From contig JBHGNT010000020.1 of assembly GCA_043228905.1 (NCBI GenBank), forward strand, positions 6,262,001 through 6,326,000: 64,000 bases of DNA, written 5' to 3'. Below the pieces are notes generated by a model. It was not told the DNA's origin, ran no database searches, and saw only the letters and a list, made by a program, of their open reading frames with translations. This document shows, one piece after another, positions 37,601 to 46,857 of the stretch. Each line of letters begins with the position of its first letter. Position 1 is the stretch's first letter. This stretch comes from Azolla caroliniana (Eukaryota; Plantae; Polypodiophyta). Made by a program: the position numbers and the translations under genes.

Positions 37601-39971
37601 GTCGGCGCGGACTTCTTCGAATCAGTAAGGATGAGGATAAAAAGGCGAAGCACTCCGCCCCTGAATGAATTTGACGAAGACGACTACGATGGGGAGTGGC
37701 TTCTAATCGGAAGATTTCTAAAAACAATGACGAAGGACGCCCCGATGACTAGGGAGGAAGTGGGACAGCTCTAAAAAAGGGCATACCGATACTTCCTGTG
37801 GAAAGGAAAGATCTGAAGGGTCCCAAAAAGGCAAAACGATGCGCCGCTTCGAGTAATAGCGCGGGCGGATGATCAAGAGAAGTTAATATTGGAGTTCCAC
37901 GAAAGCCCTTGGTCTGGACACCGGGGTACATGGGCCACATTCGAGAAGTTAAAGGAGAAATACTGGTGGATGGGTATATATAAGAGCGTGCATGACTTCG
38001 TGTCCACATGCGAAAGCTGCCAGATGCACTCGGTGGTTCGACACCACGACGAGCTGCACCCAACATAACCCCGCCCATGCACTTCAAGTGGATGGTCAAC
38101 TTAGTAACAATGCCGATAGGAGAGGGTTAGAAGCGATACCTGGTGCTGGCTAGAGAGGACCTAACGAACCAGGTAGAGGGCCGAGGACTAACGAACAAGA
38201 CCACCGTTGAGTATGTAAGTTTCTGATTGAAGATGTCATATGCCGATACGGGTGCGTGGGGAAAATCGTGGCTGACCGAGGCGAGCTAGACACAGAAGAG
38301 GCCGAGGAACTGTTCGATCGGTTAGGCGTAAAACTGTCCCTCACGATGGCGTACAACCCGGAGGCAAACAGAAAGATTGAGCGGGGCCACGGTCCGATCG
38401 TAAAAGCCATTGTACGCGCGTGCGAAGGACGAGTCGACGACTGGCCGAGGTTGCTCCCTTATGCATTGTGGGCGGACAGGACTACCCACAGTTCGGTGAC
38501 AGGGTACATGGTAGCAGAAGTAATGTTTGGACAGAAACCCATCATGCCGGTAGAGCGAACGATCGCCTCGTGGACAACGATCGATTGGGCCAACAAAATG
38601 AGTCGAGAAGAATTGCTAGCGACCCGAATCCGGCAGGTCGAGTGAAGGCCGGAAGACGTGGAGCGGGCCACGGCGAGGGTGAGAGAAGCGAGAATCCGGA
38701 ACAAGGCCCGGTTCGACCGAACACACCGGCTCCGGCCAAGGAAGATCGAGGAGGGCGATTGGGTGTTAGTCTACGACAACAACCTCGACAACCAGCATAG
38801 GTCTATGCGTAAGTTCGCGAAGCAATGGTTTGGGCCATACGTGGTAATTAGTGTCAACGATAACGCGACGTATCATCTCGCGGAGGTTGACGGGACCCGA
38901 ATGGCGACTCTGGTGGCCGGGAAGCGGATAAAGGTCTTCAAGAGGCGGAGCGAGGCGGAACCGGACCCAGGAGCCGAAAGCGCTGGTTCAGAAGGGGAGG
39001 ACGAGTAGCATATGGCTCGTAATCCCTCACTAAAATCGTTGCCCGGCACATAATGGAGTATGTGCGGTTTAGTGGGGGTGGATGTCGTGAAGATTCCGGG
39101 CCATAGGCGGAAACGAGGTGAAACTCGCGGGAGCACTGGTGTGCACGAGTGCACACCCATAGTGAATTAAATAGTGTAAGTACAAGGCATAGGTAGAAGG
39201 AGGTGTACTAGGTAGTTAAGGCATTAATAGGGATTCAGACATTGTGTAAGTAGGGAGAATCTAGGAAGGGAAAGCGATAGGTCATGAATGCCTTGTAACA
39301 GTCGCTCCTTGTGCTATAAAAGGGGCGACCTTTGACTGTTAGAGAGGGATGTCATTTTTGGGGAAGTAATCGAGAGGGGGCTAGAGAGGAAAAAAGAAAA
39401 TGGAGACAAAAGAAGACGAGGAGTCCTACGACGTGTCACCGGAAGACGCTTCCCCTGCTCGCGTCAGACGCCCGAGTGCTCCCGACCAGGGATCGACCTT
39501 CTGTGTGCCCACTCAACTTCGTATTTGACTACTGAAGAGCCTACGCTCGAACACCGGCACTAATTCGGTTGTAATCACCCATGGCGCTACGCACATATAT
39601 CGATTAATAGAAGCTTATCCACCTAACGCAAATTATTCTTAGCATATTTGTTTGCGCCTGTGTCTACGCACGATCCTCCTACACTATCTTTCTCATTTCG
39701 CTAAATCTTTTCTGTTTAAACCGCGGTCTTAGGGCTCACGTAAATCGTAGACTCTTCCCCCCTCACTTCTTGATTCCTTGGTTCAAGACCCCTGTGGTCC
39801 TGCCCAACTTCTACGCATCTGTGAGGATTTCCTCGACAACATATTTGATAAGTATCTAACATATTAAGAAAACATATTTAACGTAGTTTTAAATTGGGAG
39901 GTACTATACGCGTATTAATACGTTATATACGTATGGTATCCGTACCGTACCTAACGTACCTAACAACCTTG
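34682..39971. mobile_element. Non-autonomous hAT-like DNA transposon (own sequence ~34682-35140 plus 39843-39971) enclosing a gypsy fragment
   Basis: Perfect 8-bp TSD GTACGTTG (34674-34681 and 39972-39979). TIRs CATGGTTGTT and AACAACCTTG (9/10 match). CGTAC/CGTAT subterminal repeats at both ends. Host RT-RH rejoins as VEFLGYVGS*DGISMDPMKV. No transposase visible. Confidence 0.85.
35150..39838 (+). mobile_element. 5'-truncated Ylt1-like gypsy element (element D): PR-RT-RH-INT, PPT, 3' LTR 39083-39838
   Basis: ALIDHGSEINLM (PR), YSIGDLYSGYDQ/AFLDDIPIKG (RT), VDTSPTGIGW (RH), ADRGE...YNPEAN (INT), WFGPY. PPT AGTGGGGGTGGA then TGTCGTGAAG; ends CCTCGACA followed by ACAT. Homologous to element B. 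Confidence 0.9.
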
Positions 39972-41535
39972 GTACGTTGGATCATAAGATGGTATTTCTA
40001 TGGACCCCATGAAGGTTCAAGCAATTTTAGAGTGGCAGACGCTTGTTTCAGTGCGTGATGTGCAATGTTTTCTCGTGCTTCCGCTCACTCAACTCACACA
40101 CAAAAATCAACTATTCATATGGAATTCAAATGTAGTTGAGGCATTTGAAAGTTTAAAAGGGCGTTTACAACGACACGTATTTTAGCACATGTCGACCCAA
40201 CAAAACACTTCATCCTTGAAGCTGATGCATCCGATTTTGCACTAGGAAGTGTCCTATTGCAGACTAGAGATGACAAAGAGCTACACCCTGTTGCCTTTCA
40301 TTCCTGAAAGTTTGAAGCTACAGAGATCAACTACGAGATCCATGACAAAGAACTTCTTGCAATTGTGGATTCTTTTCAACAATGGCGACATTTTCTAGAA
40401 GGCTCTTCTCACCAAATCATTGTCTACAATGATCATAAGAACATGACATTTTTTCAAAATGCTCAAGTCTTGAGTCGACGACAAGCCCGGTGGGTGCAAT
40501 TTTTGACCCACTTTGACTTTGTAATCATATATCTCCATGGGATGCTGCAAGGCAAAGCAGATGCACTTTCTCGACATTCTTATATGGAACTTCGTCCAAG
40601 GGAACCTGCGTTTGAGCATTAAAAACAAATCCTTTTGGGTCCTAATCGCCTACGATTAATGGTAGTTAATGCCATAACAACACTTGAAGATTCCACTCTT
40701 CTTGATTCCATTTGAGGTCATATGGCCACTGATGAATTCGCCAAGGATGTTTTGGATCATATTGTCCCAGATCGTGCTTCTTGCTCGCAGTCGAAAAACC
40801 GCTGTAATAATTATCGTCAGTTCTATTGGCATGGTGGTTTTCTATTTCGACAAAACCTATTGTATGTTCCTGATGGTCCCCCACGACTACAAGTTTTACA
40901 ACACTACCATGACTCACCAATGGCTGGACATTTTGGAGTATGCAAAACTCTAGAATTAATTTCTCGACAATACTGGAGGCCTCGCCCTCATCATTTTGTT
41001 GAGGAGTATGTTCGCAGTTGTGAAACATGTTGTCCATCAAGGAGTCATCGACACCGATCCTATGGCTTACTACAACCACTTCCCATTCCGGAAAATCCTT
41101 GGAAGTTTATATCCTTGGATTTCATTATCGATCTTCCAGTTTCAAAAGGTTATGATGCAATTCTCACAGTGGTTGATTGACTTCCGAAATTGACACATTT
41201 CTTGCCATGTACGAAGTCTATTACTAGTCAAGAGGCGGTCAATCTAGTTATGCAGGGGAGGTATTTAAACACCATGGTCTTCCAGATGATATTATTAGTG
41301 ATTGGGGTCCACAATTTATCTCAAAGTTTTGGAAGCACACACTCAAACTTCTCCAAATTTCGGCTAAGCTTTCTTCGGGCTATCATCCTGAGACTAATGG
41401 CCAAAAAGAGCATACCAACCAGACACTGGAGCAATATCTTCATTGTTTCATCAACTACCAACAAGATGATTGTGTTGATTTTCTGCACTTGGCTGAATTC
41501 GCTTACAACAACTTGGTCCATTCTTCTATAGTATA

Positions 41536-44500
41536 TGATGGAAATAATCGACACTTTCCAAACTTCACCTCTCGGCCACAACCAAGGAAACACACGAATC
41601 GTTGTTGCAGAAAATGGGAAATGCAAAGGTAAATAAGTGGACACACGATTTAACGTGGAAAACCCTGTACGGGAAAAACCACGGGAGTACAAGACTCCGA
41701 ACCAAAACTATGCACAGAGAAATATACAATGGCGAGCTGTAAGGCGACGACCTTGAGCTCGCTGTCCTCGCCACAGGCGGCGGAATTACACAGAGGCGTC
41801 GACCTCTTCCTCTCTCACGCTCTATCTCTCTCGCGGCTGCTCTCTCTTCACTCCTCTTGAGTGGAAAAACAGAAAAATAAGTAGCAACATAAAAACTGTT
41901 TGCCCTAAGTCATATTTATACACATATGACTTTAGGGCTATTTACAACTATAGCCTCAAGGGCCCTTGGCAAACATATTCACAGATATGTCCCCGCATCC
42001 GGATCTCTCTCCGGGTACATTCGTCATCCGGCTCCGAAGCCGGGGTCTTCATCATCCGGTTCCGAAACCGCAACCGGGCTTGTCGTCATTCATCTCCGGA
42101 CATCCGACCATCCCATCCGGAGGGACCATAATCCCAACAAACTCCCCCTTCACTTCGGCATGGGATGTCTCTCCAATCCGATCCTCTTCCGGCATGCTTC
42201 CAGCTTGTCGGGTGTGAGCACCTTGGTCAGCATATCCGACCCGTTCTCGTCCGTGTGGATCTTCGTCAGCACGAACTCCTTGTCTTCTATCCTTTCTCGG
42301 ATCCAGTGATATCTTCGCTGGATGTGCTTCGTCCGGGAGTGATAGGCAACGTTCTTCGCAAGGTGGATTGCACTCTGACTGTCGCAGTAGAGTCGGTACT
42401 CCTCCTGCCGGATACCGAGCTCTCTAATGAAGTTCTTCATCCATATTATTTCCTTGCCGGCTTCAACAGCCGCCATGTACTCCGCCTCCGTGGTTGACAA
42501 CGCAACCGTCTTCTGCAGCCTCGATTGCCATGAAACAGCTCCCCCTGCATACGTCATCACATACCCTGATGTGGACCGGCTGGTATCTGCATCAGCCGAC
42601 ATATCCGAATCGGTGAAGTCGTCGAGTTCGGGCTTACCGGAGCCGAATCGGAGGCACACGTTTGCCGTGCCCTTCAGGTATCGGAGTATCCACTTGGCCG
42701 CGTTCCAATGCTCTTTGCCGGGATTGCTCATGTACCGGCTCACCACTCCGACTGCATATCCTATGTCCGGTCGGGTACACACCATTGCGTACATCAAGCT
42801 CCCGACGGCAGAGGCATATGGTACTTTCATCATGTCCTCCTTCTCAGCCTTTGTCTTGGGGCTCTGCTTGCTGGACAGCTTGCAGTTTGCCGGGAGTGTT
42901 GACCCGATCGGTCTTGCTTCCGACATGTTGAACCGGTGAAGCACCTTTGTCACGTACTTCTCCTGTGACAGCCACAACTGCTTCTTCTTCCGGTCCCGGA
43001 TGATGTGCATCCCTAGTATTTGCCTCGCCGGACCCAGGTCCTTCATTGAGAAGGTTTGGTGAAGAGCCTTCTTCAGCATCCGTATCTTGACCTGGTCTCG
43101 TCCGACGATCAACATGTCGTCCACGTACAGGAGGAGTATTAGAAAGTCTCCTCCTTCGAACTTCTTCACAAACACGCAGTGATCGGACTGCGTTTTGTGG
43201 TACCCTTCGCCTGTCATGAAGGAGTCGAACTTCCGGTACCATTGCCGGGGAGCCTGCTTCAGACCGTAAAGGCTCTTCTTCAACCGGCATACCAGGTGCT
43301 CCTTCCCTTTCTTCTCGAATCCTTCCGGTTGCTGCATGTAGATCTCTTCTTCGAGGTCACCGTGAAGGAATGCCGTCTTCACGTCCATCTGTTCTATCTC
43401 GAGGTCCATGCTTGCCGCTATGCTCAGCACCGTCCGGATGGAGGTCATCTTCACTACCGGGGCAAATATCTCGTCGAAGTCGACGCCCTTCTTCTGCTGA
43501 AACCCCTTCACCACGATCCTGGCTTTGTATCTCGGGGGGTTTCCGGCATCTCCCGGTTTCAGCTTGAACACCCACTTGTTACGGAGTGCCCGTTTTCCTT
43601 TCGGCAACTCCACAAGTTCATATGTGTGGTTCTCATGCAGGGAATCCATCTCCTCCTGCATGGCACTTAACCACCTGCGGCTATGGGTGTTATGCTTCGC
43701 TTCTTCAAAGCTCTCCGGCTCCCCCTCGTCGGTTAGCAGCACGTGCTCTGGTTCCGGAAATCTCCGGGGAGCCCTTCTCTCTCTTAGAGGATATCTCCGT
43801 TCCGGAGCTTCGGTAACCGGTTCTTCCGATTCTTCTTCATCCGAATCCATTTCGGGATCGGGGCCGGTTCCGGTATCATTTTCATCTTCTTCGGCCGGTT
43901 CTGTTTCTTCACCGTCTTCGGCCGGATCTTCGAGTGTTAACCGGTCCCTTGCCGGTCGGGACTGCTCCTCGTAGAGTTTATCCTCACCGGTCGACTTGGA
44001 GCTCTTCATCTTCTTCTCCGACTCCCAGTCGGCGAGTGTCTTGTTCTCCATGAAGATGATATCACGACTCCGGAATATCTTCTTGTCGACCGGGTCCCAT
44101 ACTCGGTAGCCGAACTCGTCATCGCCGTAACCGAGGAATATGCATGGCCGGGTCTTTGGATCTAGCTTTCCTCTCCGGTCCTTTGCCACATGCACGTATG
44201 CGAGACACCCGAACACCTTCAGATGCCGGTAGGATACTTCCCTACCGGTCCACACTCTCTGCGGCGTGTCTCCGTCCAAAGGTACTGAGGGTGATCTGTT
44301 TATCACGTATGTCGCCGTTGACATCGCTTCAGCCCAAAACCCCTTGGGTAATTCCGCATGCGCCAGCATACTCCGGACCCTCTCCATTATGGTCCGGTTC
44401 ATCCTCTCGGCCAGCCCGTTCAGTTCCGGCGTCTTCGGCACAGTAAACTCGAGCCGGATTCCCTTCGAGCGACAGTACTCCGCGAACTGCCCCCGGTATT

Positions 44501-46857
44501 CCCCTCCGTTATCCGCTCGTATCGCTTTCAGCTTCTTGCCGGATTCCCTTTCCACTCTCGCGTGGAGTTCTTTGAAGACGCACAACACTTGGTCCTTTGT
44601 CTTCAACGGTGCCGTCCACAGCTTCCGGCTGTGATCATCAATGAATGTTACGAAGTACTGGGCTCCGCCATGTGACTTCATTTCTACCTGACACACATCA
44701 GTGTGCACCAACTCCAATGGTGCGCTACGTCTCGTCGGTGGCCTTGAGTGGAAGGAGGTTCGGTTCTGCTTACCGGCCAGGCAGTCGGTGCACTTCTCCA
44801 GGTGCACATGCTTCACTGGAATAAGGTTGTCTTCTGCAAGCCTCTTCATCCCCTTCTCACTCATGTGGCACAGTCTCTTGTGCCACAGCTCACCGGTAGT
44901 GTCGGCTGCCACGTTCAACTCTTCCGGACACAACCAGGCATTCATAAGGTACACTGTGTTGACTTTCCGGGCCCGAGCCACTATCAGGCTCCCCTTGCTG
45001 AACTTCATTACGCCGTTCCGGATGCTACCTGAGTAGCCTTCATCGTCTAGCCTCCCGGCCGAAATCAGGTTCAATCGAACCTCCGGAACGTGTCGGACAT
45101 CCTTCAACAGCATTTTGCATCCGGTCGAGGTTGTCAACCACACGTCTCCTATGCCGGCAATCCGGCACGTACCTTCATTTCCCATCCGAACACAGCCATG
45201 CTCACCGACTGTGTAGGATGAGAAGTATCTTCTCTCCGGGGTCAGGTGGAACGATGCTCCGGAATCGACCACCCAGGTCGTCTCATCGCCGGCAATGTTT
45301 AGTTCACCTTCTTCGGTGATGAGCATGATTTCTTCCTCACTTGCCGCGAGTGCCGTCGTTCCTTTCCGGTCCTGCCCTCGCCGATCCGGACCTCTCCGGT
45401 CCGTGGCTCCCCGGTATGCACCGTTTCTCTCCGGTGACTTCTTCGAATCGGTGTCGTCGGCTCCGTTGTCCTTTCGGTAATGCCGACAATTCTTCCGGAA
45501 GTGCCCCGGCTTCCCACAGTGGAAGCATGTGGGTCTTCCTCTTGACTGCGACTGGGTCCCCGACTTCTCCCGTCTTTGTGGACTCCGGTTCCATTGTCTT
45601 CCCCGTTCCGATTCGGTAAGCAGCGCCTTCGAGTCGGAGGCCGGTTCTTTATCTCTCCGACGCGCTTCTTCGTTCAAAATACTTGTCTTTACCGTTTGTA
45701 GGGACAAGTTATCTTCCGTGCAGGAGGTGCTGAGAGTCACCACCAAGTTCTCCCAGCTTTCCGGCAATGTACACATCAGAATGATGGCTTGCATTGCATC
45801 CTCCAGCGGGAACTTGATCGCCGCAAGCTGGTTCACGAATCCCATGAACGTGCTTACGTGTTCCACCATACTCTCGCCGTCCCGGTACTTGAGGTTCACT
45901 ATCTTCCTCATCAGGGAGGTCCGGTTCAACGCATTCTTCCTCTCGTAGAGGCCCGACAGCTTCCGCCACATCTCATATGCGTTGATGTCGTTCGCCACAT
46001 GTTGTAGAACGCTCACGTCGACGTATTGCCGAATGGTTGCAACGGCTTTCCGGTTCAGAAGCCTCCATTCCGACTCAAGTACCCCCTTCGGTATTTCCGA
46101 CCTGTCAATCGGTTCGTACAGGTCCCGGACAATCAGAAGATCCTCCATCTTGATCTTCCAGTCGGCGTAATTCTGCGCATTCAGCACCATCATCCCCGGC
46201 TGCCCGCTGCCGCCGCCTTCCATTTTCTGCAGCAGCTCGCTCTGATACCAAATTGATGGAAATAATCGACACTTTCCAAACTTCACCTCTCGGCCACAAC
46301 CAAGGAAACACACGAATCGTTGTTGTAGAAAATGGGAAATGCAAAGGTAAATAAGTGGACACACGATTTAACGTGGAAAACCCTGTACGGGAAAAACCAC
46401 GGGAGTACAAGACTCCGAACCAAAACTATGCACAGAGAAATATACAATGGCGAGCTGTAAGGCGACGACCTTGAGCTCGCTGTCCTCGCCACAGGCGGCG
46501 GAATTACACAGAGGCGTCGACCTCTTCCTCTCTCACGCTCTATCTCTCTCGCGGCTGCTCTCTCTTCACTCCTCTTGAGTGGAAAAACAGAAAAATAAGT
46601 AGCAACATAGAAACTGTTTGCCCTAAGTCATATTTATACACATATGACTTTAGGGCTATTTACAACTATAGCCTCAAGGGCCCTTGGCAAACATATTCAC
46701 AGATATGTCCCCGCATCCGGATCTCTCTCCGGGTACATTCGTCATCCGGCTCCGAAGCCGGGGTCTTCATCATCCGGTTCCGAAACCGCAACCGGGCTTG
46801 TCGTCATTCATCTCCGGACATCCGACCATCCCATCCGGAGGGACCGTAATCCCAACA
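41536..46857 (-). mobile_element. Intact, young Ty1/copia LTR retrotransposon (copia-2)
   Basis: LTRs 46254-46857 and 41536-42139 (604 bp each, 3 substitutions found by eye). Perfect TSD GTATA (41531-41535 and 46858-46862). PBS TGGTATCAGAGC 46239-46250. PPT GTGAAGGGGGAG near 42142-42153. Confidence 0.98.
42150..46223 (-). CDS. copia-2 Gag-Pol polyprotein, uninterrupted, 1357 aa
   Basis: Single ORF from the first ATG after the PBS: gag, CFHCGKPGHFRKNC, WVVDSGAS, HHCC and DDE integrase, YVDD RT, RNase H. The stop overlaps the PPT. Confidence 0.96.
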   Translation of the reverse strand: MEGGGSGQPGMMVLNAQNYADWKIKMEDLLIVRDLYEPIDRSEIPKGVLESEWRLLNRKAVATIRQYVDVSVLQHVANDINAYEMWRKLSGLYERKNALNRTSLMRKIVNLKYRDGESMVEHVSTFMGFVNQLAAIKFPLEDAMQAIILMCTLPESWENLVVTLSTSCTEDNLSLQTVKTSILNEEARRRDKEPASDSKALLTESERGRQWNRSPQRREKSGTQSQSRGRPTCFHCGKPGHFRKNCRHYRKDNGADDTDSKKSPERNGAYRGATDRRGPDRRGQDRKGTTALAASEEEIMLITEEGELNIAGDETTWVVDSGASFHLTPERRYFSSYTVGEHGCVRMGNEGTCRIAGIGDVWLTTSTGCKMLLKDVRHVPEVRLNLISAGRLDDEGYSGSIRNGVMKFSKGSLIVARARKVNTVYLMNAWLCPEELNVAADTTGELWHKRLCHMSEKGMKRLAEDNLIPVKHVHLEKCTDCLAGKQNRTSFHSRPPTRRSAPLELVHTDVCQVEMKSHGGAQYFVTFIDDHSRKLWTAPLKTKDQVLCVFKELHARVERESGKKLKAIRADNGGEYRGQFAEYCRSKGIRLEFTVPKTPELNGLAERMNRTIMERVRSMLAHAELPKGFWAEAMSTATYVINRSPSVPLDGDTPQRVWTGREVSYRHLKVFGCLAYVHVAKDRRGKLDPKTRPCIFLGYGDDEFGYRVWDPVDKKIFRSRDIIFMENKTLADWESEKKMKSSKSTGEDKLYEEQSRPARDRLTLEDPAEDGEETEPAEEDENDTGTGPDPEMDSDEEESEEPVTEAPERRYPLRERRAPRRFPEPEHVLLTDEGEPESFEEAKHNTHSRRWLSAMQEEMDSLHENHTYELVELPKGKRALRNKWVFKLKPGDAGNPPRYKARIVVKGFQQKKGVDFDEIFAPVVKMTSIRTVLSIAASMDLEIEQMDVKTAFLHGDLEEEIYMQQPEGFEKKGKEHLVCRLKKSLYGLKQAPRQWYRKFDSFMTGEGYHKTQSDHCVFVKKFEGGDFLILLLYVDDMLIVGRDQVKIRMLKKALHQTFSMKDLGPARQILGMHIIRDRKKKQLWLSQEKYVTKVLHRFNMSEARPIGSTLPANCKLSSKQSPKTKAEKEDMMKVPYASAVGSLMYAMVCTRPDIGYAVGVVSRYMSNPGKEHWNAAKWILRYLKGTANVCLRFGSGKPELDDFTDSDMSADADTSRSTSGYVMTYAGGAVSWQSRLQKTVALSTTEAEYMAAVEAGKEIIWMKNFIRELGIRQEEYRLYCDSQSAIHLAKNVAYHSRTKHIQRRYHWIRERIEDKEFVLTKIHTDENGSDMLTKVLTPDKLEACRKRIGLERHPMPK

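Noticed and set aside
46224-46364. N-terminal 47 aa of the 1404-aa ORF
   Set aside because: It runs through the LTR and PBS from a non-ATG start; the real start is probably the ATG at 46223.
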